Origin: an uncultured virus (IMG/VR IMGVR_UViG_3300044699_000169)
Taxonomy: Duplodnaviria; Heunggongvirae; Uroviricota; Caudoviricetes
Strand: one strand, 5' to 3'
DNA: 64,000 nt
IMG/VR virus record: IMGVR_UViG_3300044699_000169
Shown: positions 1 through 10,144 of the stretch, piece by piece
How the letters are laid out: every line of letters begins with the position of its first letter
Position numbering within the stretch: the stretch's first letter is position 1
Position numbers and translations under genes: made by a program
The notes under the pieces: model-generated
Database searches by the model: none
What the model saw: only the letters and a program-made list of their open reading frames with translations
What the model was told of the DNA's origin: nothing

Positions 1-405
1 GACCAGATCACGGTCTACGAGTACGAGGTCAAGGTCCCCTCCGTCCAGGCGGTTTTGCTTCGGAGCGCATGGCTGAGGCCGAAGGGATCCCTGGATCAGC
101 TTTCGAATCTCGCGGTCCAGGTGCTGGTTGACGGGCACATCGTTCACGAGCAGCCCCTGGAGCATCACCTCAGAATTGGACCTGAGGTGCCCCTCCAGAA
201 GAATGCGAGCTGGAACCACAACGCCATTGAACTCGACGACAAGGGCCAGGCCCTTCCCGAGAAGCACTACGGGGTTTTTTGCCCCAATGAGACGCTCGTC
301 CAGATCCGGGTGGTAAAGCGCAAGCGAGGCGTGGTGGAGTTCCAGGCCCGCTGCGGTCTCACCGCGGCGCTCTACTCGACCCGTTCGGGGGACATCTCCG
401 CATGA
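1..405 (+). CDS. hypothetical protein, 5'-truncated by window edge
   Basis: Open frame from base 1 to TGA overlapping the recombinase ATG (ATGA). Confidence 0.6.
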   Translation, partial: DQITVYEYEVKVPSVQAVLLRSAWLRPKGSLDQLSNLAVQVLVDGHIVHEQPLEHHLRIGPEVPLQKNASWNHNAIELDDKGQALPEKHYGVFCPNETLVQIRVVKRKRGVVEFQARCGLTAALYSTRSGDISA

Positions 406-1364
406 GCGGCGACCGACGCGGTCTCGTCCCGATCCAGAAGCCCAAGCCCGGCGCGATCGCCGTCGTACAGCCCGCCGTGGAAGCCGGGAAGGCGTTCCTG
501 TCGAAGAACACGATCCGCGCCTACACCCGGGACTGGCTGGACTTTTTCAAGGTCGAACGGCTCGATCAGGTGACCGTGCCGATGGCGATGGGCGTGAAGC
601 CCGACCACGTCGCCGACTTCCGGGACGAGTGCCTCGCCAAGGGCTTGGGGCCGGGGACCGTGAACCGGAAGCTTTCTTCCGTCCGGGCTTTCTTCGATCA
701 GCTGATCCTCCGGGGCCTGATGTCGATCAATCCCGCCCACCCGAAGCTTGTGCGGCCCCCCAAGCGCGGCACGGTCCAGAAAATGGAGGCGCTCTCAGCC
801 GCCGAAGCCAAAAGCTTCCTCCAGGCGATCGACCGGACCACCAAAATCGGCCGGCGGGACTACGCCGTCATCATGGTGGACCTGCACATGGGTCTGCGAC
901 GGTCCGAGGCGCTCGGGATCCGCGCCGAGCAGTTCCGCACCGTCGACGGGAAGGCCTGCATCGTCTTCCGATCCAAGGGCGAGAAGGAACGCATCATCTG
1001 GGTGAACCGGGATCTCGAGGAGGCCCTCGCCGTCTACGCCAAGGACCGAGGGGACGCCCCGGGATGGCTTTTCCCTGGTCGAAACCCCAAGAAGCACCTC
1101 TCCGGGGATCAGTTCTGGAGAATCGTCCAGAGCTACCTCGAGAAGGCCGGGATTACGAAGAAGGTCGGCACTCACGGGCTCCGCGCGACGTTCATCACCC
1201 ACAACCTGCTCAAAGGGACGCCGATCGACCAGATCCAGAAGACCGTCGGTCACGCCCGCGGCGAGACCACGCTCGGATACGCCAGGGACCTCGAGATGAT
1301 CAAGAGCCGGGCGCCTGAGGCGATGGAGGGAATGAACGCGGACGGGCCAAGGGAGGGGAAGTGA
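402..1364 (+). CDS. tyrosine recombinase/integrase (XerC/D-like)
   Basis: SAM-like N-domain (SKNTIRAY..TVNRKLSSVRAFF) and catalytic R (GLRRSE), K (SKGEK), HxxR (HGLRAT), H (VGH), Y (TTLGY). Confidence 0.92.
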   Translation: MSGDRRGLVPIQKPKPGAIAVVQPAVEAGKAFLSKNTIRAYTRDWLDFFKVERLDQVTVPMAMGVKPDHVADFRDECLAKGLGPGTVNRKLSSVRAFFDQLILRGLMSINPAHPKLVRPPKRGTVQKMEALSAAEAKSFLQAIDRTTKIGRRDYAVIMVDLHMGLRRSEALGIRAEQFRTVDGKACIVFRSKGEKERIIWVNRDLEEALAVYAKDRGDAPGWLFPGRNPKKHLSGDQFWRIVQSYLEKAGITKKVGTHGLRATFITHNLLKGTPIDQIQKTVGHARGETTLGYARDLEMIKSRAPEAMEGMNADGPREGK

Positions 1365-1813
1365 CCGACGAACGAATCTGCCGCTGGTGCTTCTCCGAGC
1401 TGCCTGAAGACTCCGAATCCCTCTGCCCGTCCTGCGCGGAGAAGGAAACGCTCCTCAAGGAAGGCCTCGCCACCGGTCCCGAGGAGTTCGGGAAAGAGGA
1501 TTTCGACCGGTTCCTTTGGAAGCTCGCGGCCTACGCAATAAAAGTGATGGAGCACCCGGAGGGCGGAACGCCCTGGACGATCGGACACATGCGGGACAGC
1601 CTGATGCTGGCGGTCCTGCAGGCGCTGCCGATGGACCACGTTTCCATGAGCTTCAAATTCAGCCCCGACCGAAAGCCCGGAGACCCTCCCAAGGACGTGG
1701 CCTATACGATCAAAAAACCGATCCCCAGGATCCTGCTCTTTAAGACCGTCGAGCGGCTGGGAATCTGGTCCCTCACCGAGAAGGACGAGCCCGACAACTT
1801 TGCGGGAGCCTGA
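1361..1813 (+). CDS. hypothetical protein with N-terminal CxxC..CxxC
   Basis: GTG start overlapping recombinase stop, GGAGG RBS, CRWC..CPSC. Confidence 0.7.
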   Translation: MTDERICRWCFSELPEDSESLCPSCAEKETLLKEGLATGPEEFGKEDFDRFLWKLAAYAIKVMEHPEGGTPWTIGHMRDSLMLAVLQALPMDHVSMSFKFSPDRKPGDPPKDVAYTIKKPIPRILLFKTVERLGIWSLTEKDEPDNFAGA

Positions 1814-1840
1814 AAACGTCGGATTTAATCGGAGAAAGCC

Positions 1841-2125
1841 ATGCTGAGCGACTTCTTCTGCACCATCGTCCTCTTCGGCTTCTTCGGTTTCCTGATCTAC
1901 TCGATTTTGACGCAGCCCAAGAGGACGCCCCGGATCCCCGAGGTGCCCGCGGCCCCGCCGGCTCCTCCTCCCCCGCCAAGCCCTGTCCAGGTCTGCTGCG
2001 TGATCTGCGACACGCCCGCCCGGACGGTCTCGCGCGAGGAATATCTCAAGCTCGAGGGCCCGGTCTACTGCTACTCGTGCCTCTGCGTGATCGAGGCTTA
2101 CAAGGCAAGGACCCAGAGATCTTGA
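1841..2125 (+). CDS. small membrane protein with Pro-rich linker and Zn-finger
   Basis: N-terminal hydrophobic helix, PPAPPPPP, CVIC..CYSC; GGAG RBS. Confidence 0.7.
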   Translation: MLSDFFCTIVLFGFFGFLIYSILTQPKRTPRIPEVPAAPPAPPPPPSPVQVCCVICDTPARTVSREEYLKLEGPVYCYSCLCVIEAYKARTQRS

Positions 2126-2167
2126 CGGTCCGGCGTCCATCGACCCAGAGGCAAAGCTGGAGCTTTA

Positions 2168-2539
2168 ATGGGGAATCTCGGAAAGGTCGATCTCCGCGGC
2201 ATCCACGAACGGACCGCTATCGAAATCCTGTTCGACGGGGGGCCGCTTTGCGTGGCGAACGCCTGGGACTGGACCGAGAACCGAATCCGCCGGGACCTCT
2301 TCCGAATCTACCACAAGAAGCTTGGATTCTCGCTTGGACCATTCTACGTCTCGATTCCGCTTGCCGAAGCCGGGATGAAGAAGGCAATCAAGCTCGGCAA
2401 GCACCTCTGGGAGGAAGATGCCCACTGGTTTTCCGAGCAAAAATGGCTCCACAAGTGGGTTGACGAGCAGCTCGGCAAGCCCGAAGATCTGGTGGGAGGA
2501 CACTGGGCCCCGGACCCGGAGGAGGAAAAGCAGCCGTGA
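2168..2539 (+). CDS. hypothetical protein
   Basis: Co-directional ORF coupled to next gene. Confidence 0.65.
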   Translation: MGNLGKVDLRGIHERTAIEILFDGGPLCVANAWDWTENRIRRDLFRIYHKKLGFSLGPFYVSIPLAEAGMKKAIKLGKHLWEEDAHWFSEQKWLHKWVDEQLGKPEDLVGGHWAPDPEEEKQP

Positions 2540-2727
2540 CCTATCTCTGCATTGCGCTTTGCGTCGTCACCGGCGCCGTGGCGTTCGTGGTTGGATTCAT
2601 CGTCGGATCCAAATTCACGAAGGGCTATCTCAAGGAGAATGGGCTCCTGCTCGAGACGCCGGCGCCGAAGCCCTGCGGAGAAGGCTGCGGTTGCTCAAAA
2701 AACCCAGGTTCTGGAGGGGGAAAATGA
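2536..2727 (+). CDS. small single-TM protein
   Basis: Hydrophobic N-terminus, GTGA overlap. Confidence 0.6.
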   Translation: MTYLCIALCVVTGAVAFVVGFIVGSKFTKGYLKENGLLLETPAPKPCGEGCGCSKNPGSGGGK

Positions 2728-3020
2728 CCGTCGACGAGCTCCTGGCGAAGGTGAATGACGGTTGGGGCTGGGCCACGATCGAACTCACCCGCACCGGGAA
2801 GGCCAACAAGTGGTTCGCCTTCCTGCAGTGCGTCGAGGTCTACGAAGAACACAAAGAAGTCGAGCAGATCTTCCGCCAGGCCGATCGCGCGAGCGACGCG
2901 CTCAAGGATCTGGTCGAATGGCTCCGGGGAAAGACCGTCCGCCACCGGGGCTCGAACGGCGGCGCTCCGGGCAACCTCGTCAAAGTCCCCAAGGATCTAA
3001 AGCACCTCGAGATCTCCTGA
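2724..3020 (+). CDS. hypothetical protein
   Basis: ATG 2724 after GGAGG, ATGA overlap with previous stop. Confidence 0.65.
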   Translation: MTVDELLAKVNDGWGWATIELTRTGKANKWFAFLQCVEVYEEHKEVEQIFRQADRASDALKDLVEWLRGKTVRHRGSNGGAPGNLVKVPKDLKHLEIS

Positions 3021-3080
3021 CCTAAAAGCACTCCAGTCCGCCCCCGTTTCGCGTTAAGATACCTCAAACGGGAGGAGACG

Positions 3081-3350
3081 ATGGCCAAAGACAAGATCAA
3101 GCAGATGGAGTTCGTGCTCGATGATCTCGAGCGCCCCGCCAGGAAGATGTTCGGAATCGCCTGGCTCGAGAATGGGCAGCTGCTCCTCAAGCTCGAGGGC
3201 CACGGCAACCAGAGCGAGGAAGGGGGCCCCATCATGGCCGTCCAACTCGATCATGGCATCGCCCGCCTGATCGTCTTCCGGGACATCAACAGCGAGGAAC
3301 CCACCGAATCGCTCGACCTCGACGGCGCACTCGAGAAGGCCCGGGACTAG
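3081..3350 (+). CDS. hypothetical protein
   Basis: GGAGG RBS, upstream TAAGAT. Confidence 0.7.
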   Translation: MAKDKIKQMEFVLDDLERPARKMFGIAWLENGQLLLKLEGHGNQSEEGGPIMAVQLDHGIARLIVFRDINSEEPTESLDLDGALEKARD

Positions 3351-3353
3351 TCC

Positions 3354-4841
3354 ATGGACGTCGACTGGCTGTCGCAATGGGGCAACTACATCGTCAGCCA
3401 CCGGACTCCAGCAAACTGGAAGGAGTACGGCCGGGAAGGCGGCGAGATGCTCGCCAAAAACGAATGGGATGAGTTCCTTTTCTATCGGGACCCTCACGAT
3501 CTGGCGCTCACTCCGAAAGCCGTCGCCGAGAAGGCCGACAAACTTGCCGAGCAGACCGTCGACGACTTCCGGCTCTACGGGATCCAGATGTGGGAGCAGT
3601 ACAGGGATCAGCACCACGGGACGTCGGCAGAACGGAAGATCTGGGTGAGCGCGTTCATCAAGGCATACACCGAGACGATGGACGCCCAGGTCGACGCGCT
3701 TATCCCCGACAAGCTCATGAAGAACCTGGACCTCTTCTGCACTCTCCTCTCCTGGATGCGCCTTGAAATGGACCACGGAGACGGCCGCGGGGAAACCTAT
3801 GGGCTACGCCTCTCAGGAAAGAAGAAGCCCGAACCAGAAAAGCCTCAGAAGCCAAAATACCGCCCCACCCGGAAGGAGCTTTACGCCGCCGCCGTCGCTT
3901 TCGCCAAGCGAAAGGTCCAGAGCGAGTGGAACCGATTCGTGACAAGGAAGAGCGACGGGGCTGGGTTCCGGAGCGGCATGCTCCATCACGAAATCAGCTT
4001 CAGGCACGACGAGGAATGGGACGTTTCGGATCTCGACCGGGACCACTTCAATGAGATCGTGGTCGACACCTTCCAGGAGGAGCTTGGAAAGAAGGCTCTC
4101 GAGCTCGCTCCAGCATCCGCCTGGAAGAACTCCTACCTGATCTGCACCCTCTACGACCAGATGCTCGCCCAGGGCCTGGTTAAAACGAAGGCAGATGAGC
4201 ATCACCGTGGGTTCTGGAGGAAAAAGAGCAGGGAAGACTACACGAAAGGCCGTGAGATCGCGGAGTGGAAGAGGTTTGAGACCGACAGGATCCGAAAGGA
4301 TCTCGAGAAGGAAGCCAAGCGCCAGGAGAAAGCCGCATCCAAGAAGGGCGGCGCCAAGATGTCCGGCCCAGCAAGTTCCGACGAAGCTCTCGTCATCGTC
4401 CACCTCTCGAGCCTGGATTCCTACACCCATTCCGCCAAGGAAGCCGGCGACGAATCCCTCGGAGATCTCCTGGCCGACGCCTTGATCGTGGAGATCAAGA
4501 AGCACCAAGGGCCGGTCTACATCGTCGACCAGGGATGGGAGCCTGATCGCTCAGAATCAAGACCCAGAATCCGGGTCCTGAACAGCCTCCAGCGGAAGGT
4601 CACCTGGATCCATTTCGACGAAGCCGAGCAGGATTGGGGAGAATTCGAGCGCGACGTCGTCAAGATCCTGAAGCGCGACGGGGTCCAGAAGGTGGTTCTC
4701 GCCGGCGTCTGGTTCCGGAAGGATCTTTCGAGCGGATGCGTCACCGAGGCCTATTTCATCCTCTCCAGGCACTTCGAAACCCGGGTAAACGACCGGATCT
4801 GCGGCCTTGAGGAAGACATCGACGAGTTGATCGAGGGGTAG
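3354..4841 (+). CDS. multidomain protein, C-terminal isochorismatase/cysteine-hydrolase-like domain
   Basis: 495-aa ORF; C-terminal ALVIVH..VVLAGVW..GCV pattern resembles cysteine hydrolases. Confidence 0.5.
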   Translation: MDVDWLSQWGNYIVSHRTPANWKEYGREGGEMLAKNEWDEFLFYRDPHDLALTPKAVAEKADKLAEQTVDDFRLYGIQMWEQYRDQHHGTSAERKIWVSAFIKAYTETMDAQVDALIPDKLMKNLDLFCTLLSWMRLEMDHGDGRGETYGLRLSGKKKPEPEKPQKPKYRPTRKELYAAAVAFAKRKVQSEWNRFVTRKSDGAGFRSGMLHHEISFRHDEEWDVSDLDRDHFNEIVVDTFQEELGKKALELAPASAWKNSYLICTLYDQMLAQGLVKTKADEHHRGFWRKKSREDYTKGREIAEWKRFETDRIRKDLEKEAKRQEKAASKKGGAKMSGPASSDEALVIVHLSSLDSYTHSAKEAGDESLGDLLADALIVEIKKHQGPVYIVDQGWEPDRSESRPRIRVLNSLQRKVTWIHFDEAEQDWGEFERDVVKILKRDGVQKVVLAGVWFRKDLSSGCVTEAYFILSRHFETRVNDRICGLEEDIDELIEG

Positions 4842-5792
4842 CTACTCTTCCTCGGGCCAGGAGACGTCCTGGGCCTCCATCTCCTCGATCTCTGAAACCG
4901 ACGCCACGACATCGTCGGTCGTTCCTTCGGGAAGTGGACGCAGAGAGATCTCGTCTCGGACCAGCGGCAGGGTGTGGAGCATCATGGCCTGCTGGAGGCA
5001 GAGAATGTTCTTCCCCTGACCAAGCTTCTTCCATGTCTCCGGATCGTCGCAGAAGCCTTCGATCTCGGATAGATGGATCGGTTGCTCAAGAACGTAATCT
5101 TCCCCGTTCTCGGACCACTCTCCAGGAGGAAGCTTCCCACCGGTCTTCTCGATCGCCTTCACAAGGTCGACGCCGAGCACCCAGGTGAGCGGAAGCGTGT
5201 AGGACTTCTGGACTGCCGCCGGCAGGAGCGCCTCCGGCGTCCGGAGATATGGAACCGGCGTGAACATCTGGATCAGAACGAGCTTGTCCTTGGCCCTCTC
5301 GACGTCCTCGAATCCAAGAATGACGCCAGGAAGGCCGCCTTCGTCGATTTCAACCAGTTGGCCCGGCTCCGGATCCTCGATGACGACGTCCTTTGAAGGG
5401 AACGTGTAGCAGAAAACGTTCTGGTCGACGTCGATGCATCCGCGATCGACAAGATCCCGGAAGACCGCGTCGGCGTGACTTACCTTATCCCCGGCCTCGA
5501 GGCGCTCCCGGAGATCCGGCGCGATCGGCGGGAAGGAGGCGGTGCCCTTCACGAACTTCTTCCGCCATTCGATCATCGTCATGGGCTTGTCGGAAACGCC
5601 CATCTTTCTCAGGAAGGGCCCGATGGGAATGGGCTCGTCGGCTCTCACCTTGTAGAAGATGAACCCGCCGCGTTCAGGCCGAATCTGGAGCTCGATCACT
5701 CCCGTAACGAAGAGAGGGACGGAGACGCGGTAGCCCACGACTGAATGCTCTCGCACTCTTCTCCGGAGATCTCCTGGGTTCCACTTAGGCAT
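4842..5792 (-). CDS. hypothetical protein
   Basis: 316-aa ORF coupled to upstream gene. Confidence 0.7.
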   Translation of the reverse strand: MPKWNPGDLRRRVREHSVVGYRVSVPLFVTGVIELQIRPERGGFIFYKVRADEPIPIGPFLRKMGVSDKPMTMIEWRKKFVKGTASFPPIAPDLRERLEAGDKVSHADAVFRDLVDRGCIDVDQNVFCYTFPSKDVVIEDPEPGQLVEIDEGGLPGVILGFEDVERAKDKLVLIQMFTPVPYLRTPEALLPAAVQKSYTLPLTWVLGVDLVKAIEKTGGKLPPGEWSENGEDYVLEQPIHLSEIEGFCDDPETWKKLGQGKNILCLQQAMMLHTLPLVRDEISLRPLPEGTTDDVVASVSEIEEMEAQDVSWPEEE

Positions 5793-6378
5793 CCTTGCGA
5801 ACTCCCATCTCCTTCAGGATCTTCCAGATGGATTTTTCCGGATCATTCGAGATGACCGCGTTCGGATACGTCTTCTCCTTCTTCTTTTTCGCGCCCGGAT
5901 GGTTCCCGATCACGACACGGATCTCGCCTTCGCTCATCCCGGAGTAGCCATGAATATCCGAAGCGCCCATCAGGACAAGCTCACGAATCTCCTCGGGAAG
6001 CTCCTCGAATTCGCCTCCCTGCTCCTGATGCAGCGTCCAGGCGCCCCACGCTTCCAGGATCTTCGGTCCCAGGATCGGCTCCGGAACCCAGAAGAGGTAC
6101 CCGGGCTTCGGAGGCGGAACGAAGGGTACGGAAATCCAGCGCTTTCTCCCTTCTGGAGCTTTGTGGGGAGGAGATTCTTCGTGGAAACGTCCCGCGCTTT
6201 CAACGGAACGCTTGAGATTTTCTTCGGTGACGTGAAGACTTCCTCGCTCGACGAAGAACACACCTTTGTCTCCGGTGGCGCTCTCCATGTCGATCACTTC
6301 AATCGCCGAGTTGTCTTCTGGGTCAAACCAGAGACCGCCATAGCTGACGTTCCGGTCGGCGTAGAGTTCGTAGAACAC
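5785..6378 (-). CDS. hypothetical protein
   Basis: 197-aa ORF abutting neighbours. Confidence 0.65.
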   Translation of the reverse strand: MFYELYADRNVSYGGLWFDPEDNSAIEVIDMESATGDKGVFFVERGSLHVTEENLKRSVESAGRFHEESPPHKAPEGRKRWISVPFVPPPKPGYLFWVPEPILGPKILEAWGAWTLHQEQGGEFEELPEEIRELVLMGASDIHGYSGMSEGEIRVVIGNHPGAKKKKEKTYPNAVISNDPEKSIWKILKEMGVRKDA

Positions 6379-6885
6379 CTACCGCCTCCGCCTGCGCTCG
6401 CGTCGTTCGTGCTCGCGGCGTTCCCGCTCGTAAATCTCTTTCATCGAGACATTCGTGAACTTGATGGCGTTCCGGAGCTCAGCGAGAATCGACTCAGATT
6501 CCCCGGAAGGCGGCTCAACATCCCACCTTTTCCTGCTCGTCACGGGCTCCTTCCCGGAGATCTCTTTGTAGAGTTCGGAGAGCGCCTCATCGACCATCTG
6601 AGGAAAATAGCCGTGGATATTCTGGTCCCGCTCGCCCTGCTTTTCGTAGACGCCGCCCAGATAAGCTTTCCCGTCAATTTTCCGTCCGTCGATAATGGTC
6701 TCAGCGCTCACCGTCACGTCGTGAGCGACGTAACCTTCCAGCCCTGGATCCGGACCGTCGCCGTCCCAGACATAGTGCAGATCCTCTTCCCAGGAGACGT
6801 CGATCGCGACGTGCGGAGCGATCTTGGCGAGGCCCGAGACGATGCCTTCTGGAGTCGTCGCGAAGAGGCGTTTTCCGACGGCCAT
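6379..6885 (-). CDS. hypothetical protein with Arg-rich C-terminus
   Basis: Probable start MAVGKRLF at 6885. Confidence 0.65.
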   Translation of the reverse strand: MAVGKRLFATTPEGIVSGLAKIAPHVAIDVSWEEDLHYVWDGDGPDPGLEGYVAHDVTVSAETIIDGRKIDGKAYLGGVYEKQGERDQNIHGYFPQMVDEALSELYKEISGKEPVTSRKRWDVEPPSGESESILAELRNAIKFTNVSMKEIYERERREHERRERRRRR

Positions 6886-6898
6886 CAGGGCCCTCTCC

Positions 6899-7231
6899 TC
6901 AGTCTTTTCGCCGAAGATCCCAGTGCTTCTTCCCGGAGTTCTCGTCCACCCACGTCTCCAGTTTTGGAATGAGCTCTTGGACCGTGGGGGCCTGCACGAT
7001 GAGAGGGCTGTATTTGTTGAACGAAGGACGCTCTCCTGGGGAAGATCTCGGAACTGAAAGAAGAGCGCCGGCTGGGAACTCCTCGTGATACCCCTGCCGA
7101 TCATCAAGAGCGAAAGGCTCTACGATCGGGCCGTAGAACTTCTTGTCATCGGAGTACCAGTAGAGCGCCTTGCTCCTGGGATCGGCTTCAACGTGGACCT
7201 TCATGACATCCTCATTGTACAGGACGCCCAT
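6899..7231 (-). CDS. hypothetical protein
   Basis: 110-aa ORF; true start may be 7204. Confidence 0.55.
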   Translation of the reverse strand: MGVLYNEDVMKVHVEADPRSKALYWYSDDKKFYGPIVEPFALDDRQGYHEEFPAGALLSVPRSSPGERPSFNKYSPLIVQAPTVQELIPKLETWVDENSGKKHWDLRRKD

Positions 7232-7293
7232 GAAACAGAAAGGGTTTCTCTTGCTGCCGGGGGGAGCTATAATCAGGCGATCGGAGGATTTCC

Positions 7294-7881
7294 ATGAACA
7301 TCATCGCGCGGAACGCCCTCTCCCCCTGGGCCGGCGGATTCCAGCACAAAGGCATGACCTTCCGACCGGCGACGCTTCGGCCCATGACTCCCATCCGAAT
7401 GGGACAGGCCGCGGGAGCCGTGAACCAGGCCACGCGCGATCAAACGCTCACCGTGCTCAACGACGCCTTCCAGAAGGGCGCGGCGATCGACTCCTGGCGC
7501 TCCGAGAACCCGGACTGGCAGCTGGCGATGCAGAAGGATGGCGATGAGGTCGCACGCCTGGCGACCGCGTCGGCGCCGCTCCTGGCCACCGCCCAGAAGG
7601 TCCAGAAAGCCCTTCAGAGCCCAGACCCGGCAGCCTGGACCGTCACCCAGCAGGAAATCACCGACGCAACCACCTGGGCCACCAACATCAATGCGATGTA
7701 CGGCCTGATCGCCAAGCACAGCACCACGCTGCGCCCCGTAACGTCGACGACCCCGGGAACCACCCCAGGAACCACGCCCGGATCCACGGCAGCGAAGACG
7801 GATTACACGATCCCGATCGCCATCGGCGCCGGCGCTTTGCTCCTGGGACTCCTCTTCTGGAAGACCCGCAGCGCCAACTAG
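7294..7881 (+). CDS. LGQ/MGQ-motif protein with C-terminal TM anchor
   Basis: GGAGG RBS, upstream TATAAT; IRMGQ motif, TTPG repeats, IAIGAGALLLGLLFWK tail. Confidence 0.8.
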   Translation: MNIIARNALSPWAGGFQHKGMTFRPATLRPMTPIRMGQAAGAVNQATRDQTLTVLNDAFQKGAAIDSWRSENPDWQLAMQKDGDEVARLATASAPLLATAQKVQKALQSPDPAAWTVTQQEITDATTWATNINAMYGLIAKHSTTLRPVTSTTPGTTPGTTPGSTAAKTDYTIPIAIGAGALLLGLLFWKTRSAN

Positions 7882-7885
7882 GGCT

Positions 7886-8581
7886 ATGAAGCTCTGGACG
7901 ACCATCGAGTTCGAGAAGCTTCCAGGAATCCTCAAGAACGGATTCGACAATCCCTACGCCGCGGAGATCGTCTTCTCGAACAACCCGGAAATTGAAGCTG
8001 ATCACGCCATGTCCATGCAAGGGGAGCTTGCCTTCATCGAAGCGGACATCCCCGACGACAAGCTGGACTTCTATTTCATGGATTGCATCGGAATGTATGG
8101 GGACGATCTCTCAAACATGGAGATGGACCTCGAGTATCTGATCGAGGAAGGCGCCCGCAAAAAGGAAATCGACCACCTCAGGAAGTTGATCAAGAAGGGT
8201 TCCGAGGCAAGGACGGTAACCGATGGGCTCGATGTTTTCGGATACGCCTGCCTGGGAAACGTCATTCCCCCGGAGATGCTCAAGCTTCTGGATCCGGAGA
8301 AGATGATCGAGGCCGTCCATACCGGAGACGAGAACGCCATCGCCAACGCGATCGAGACCTCGGAAGCGACTCCCTTCAAGTCACTGAATGCGGCTTTCTG
8401 GGTGTGGCTGATCACGATCATGAGCCAGATCTTCGGCGCCGGCTACGGAATGCAAGCGAGCGAGACCGAGGAGATCGTCAGGGGAGAGGCCGAGCAAGCC
8501 GAGGAGATCCGGAAAGCCGCCGCAAAAAGACCCCGAAAGAAGCGAAAGAGAAAAACGCCTGCCAAGGCTAAGGGCGAGTAA
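7886..8581 (+). CDS. hypothetical protein with basic C-terminal tail
   Basis: 231-aa ORF ending KKRPRKKRKRK. Confidence 0.7.
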   Translation: MKLWTTIEFEKLPGILKNGFDNPYAAEIVFSNNPEIEADHAMSMQGELAFIEADIPDDKLDFYFMDCIGMYGDDLSNMEMDLEYLIEEGARKKEIDHLRKLIKKGSEARTVTDGLDVFGYACLGNVIPPEMLKLLDPEKMIEAVHTGDENAIANAIETSEATPFKSLNAAFWVWLITIMSQIFGAGYGMQASETEEIVRGEAEQAEEIRKAAAKRPRKKRKRKTPAKAKGE

Positions 8582-8921
8582 TCTCCTCGAGCATCACGTC
8601 GAAGTACTTATCGCGGATCCGCCGATACGTGTTCTGGAAGTCCGCCCCGTGATCCGAATGGTCGATGTGGTCCGGGCCCAGGAGAACGTGCGCGGTCTCA
8701 TGGAGGACCGTGTCGGCAACAGCTTCTCCAGGCCTCTGAACGGCAACCCGCATCACGACTTGGCCGCTCTCGTCAAGAAGCGACGTCCCGAAAGTCGAAT
8801 CGAAGAACGCCGGTGCCGTGACGGTGCGTACTTCAGCCACGGGAATTGGTCCTCCCTCGAGAGTGATGATCATATTCGCCGTGTCGAGGATTCGTTTCCG
8901 GAGGGTAAGCTCGTCGAGCAT
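8568..8921 (-). CDS. zincin/SprT-like metallopeptidase
   Basis: VLHETAH (HExxH) and downstream HGADF. Confidence 0.7.
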   Translation of the reverse strand: MLDELTLRKRILDTANMIITLEGGPIPVAEVRTVTAPAFFDSTFGTSLLDESGQVVMRVAVQRPGEAVADTVLHETAHVLLGPDHIDHSDHGADFQNTYRRIRDKYFDVMLEEITRP

Positions 8922-9190
8922 CAGCCCTGCGCGGCCTCTCTCAGGCGCGTCAGAAGCGTCTCCCGGCGATCGCGGAGCTCGGCGGTGAGCTCGCCGGCGG
9001 CGGCTTGATCCTTCTCGAGCTGGATGAACTCGCAGGCCAGATCGTACTCCTGGACGTTGATCGCCCGGAGCGCGGCCGCGAGGTTATGGTCGTTCGCGTC
9101 CTCCATCATGTCGGCCGAGAAGTCTGCGATCGCCGGAGCGTCCCAGTCGAGCTGCATCGCCACATCCTGGGGTTTGATCTTTTTCGCCAT
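8921..9190 (-). CDS. hypothetical protein
   Basis: AAGGAGG RBS, coupled to peptidase. Confidence 0.7.
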   Translation of the reverse strand: MAKKIKPQDVAMQLDWDAPAIADFSADMMEDANDHNLAAALRAINVQEYDLACEFIQLEKDQAAAGELTAELRDRRETLLTRLREAAQG

Positions 9191-9199
9191 AACCCCTCC

Positions 9200-9579
9200 T
9201 TAGCGGGACCGCTCCATGGCACGCTTGGTCAGGATCGCGTTCCACTCCTGGGGTAGGTCGATGTACACGATGTGGACGGCGGGATTGATCGACTCCCAAT
9301 GGACGTTGCCCCAGCCTTCATCCGTCAGGATCTTCTGGACCTTTTCCCACTTTCTATTGTCGGCTGCAGAGCGATAAGGATCGTCGACCCATCCGTATTC
9401 GGTGCCCACCACGACAACGCGCGGATCCGGGTCGTGCCAGCCCTGCTTGACGCTGTCGAGTCCCAGCTGGGGCGCACGGACGAGAGGTGCTCTTCCTTCG
9501 CCGGGGGACCATAGACTTTGACGAAGGCGTCCTGGACCGCTGCGGTGAAGGCTTGGGCGAATTCTTCGATCTTGGTCAT
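9200..9579 (-). CDS. hypothetical protein (frameshifted in this read)
   Basis: MTKIEEFAQ start at 9579 joins ORF 9200..9412 only with a frameshift. Confidence 0.5.
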
Positions 9580-9581
9580 GG

Positions 9582-10096
9582 CTAATACCCAGAACCGGTC
9601 GGCGCAGTCCCCGTTGCCGCGCTCGGGCCGGTGATCAGGAGCGAGAGCGGGACGAGAAGCGCCTCGTGGATCGCCAGGAACGTCAGCGCTTGGTCGACCG
9701 GAGATCCGGTGATGTACCGGTATCCAAGGATCAGGTTGGCGACCGTGCCGATCGTAAATGCGCGGGCGAGATTTGATCCCTTGACTACGTAGTCCGAAAC
9801 GATACGGCCCGTCAGAAGGGCTGGAATCGTCCAGATCAGCTTGTTCCCGTAGTAGTTTGGCGGCGTCTTCTTCCCTTCGATGTTGGGAAAGACCTGATGG
9901 AGAAGAAGGTCGCCGGCGGCGAAGGCGCCCGTCACCAGGAAGAAGTTCCGGCCTCCTTGAGCTCTGGGAGACGTTCCTTGATCTCGGTTGCGATGTTCGC
10001 GCCCAAACGCGCTGGGGCCCATGGCCGCGGCGCCGCGGGCGTGTAGGAGAAGGGATTCCTGCTCTTTGCTGGGGGCGGGAGCGCAATCGTTTTCAT
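9582..10096 (-). CDS. multi-pass membrane protein (one apparent frameshift near 10025)
   Basis: GGAGG-ATG at 10096; several hydrophobic segments in the 9582..10022 frame. Confidence 0.55.
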
Positions 10097-10144
10097 CGAA
10101 CCTCCCTTTGGCTGCCTAAATATTCTATCGGGGGATTGGGGATT

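Noticed and set aside
402..1364. Prophage boundary or att site at the recombinase
   Set aside because: No host genes, duplicated tRNA 3' end or compositional break seen in the window.
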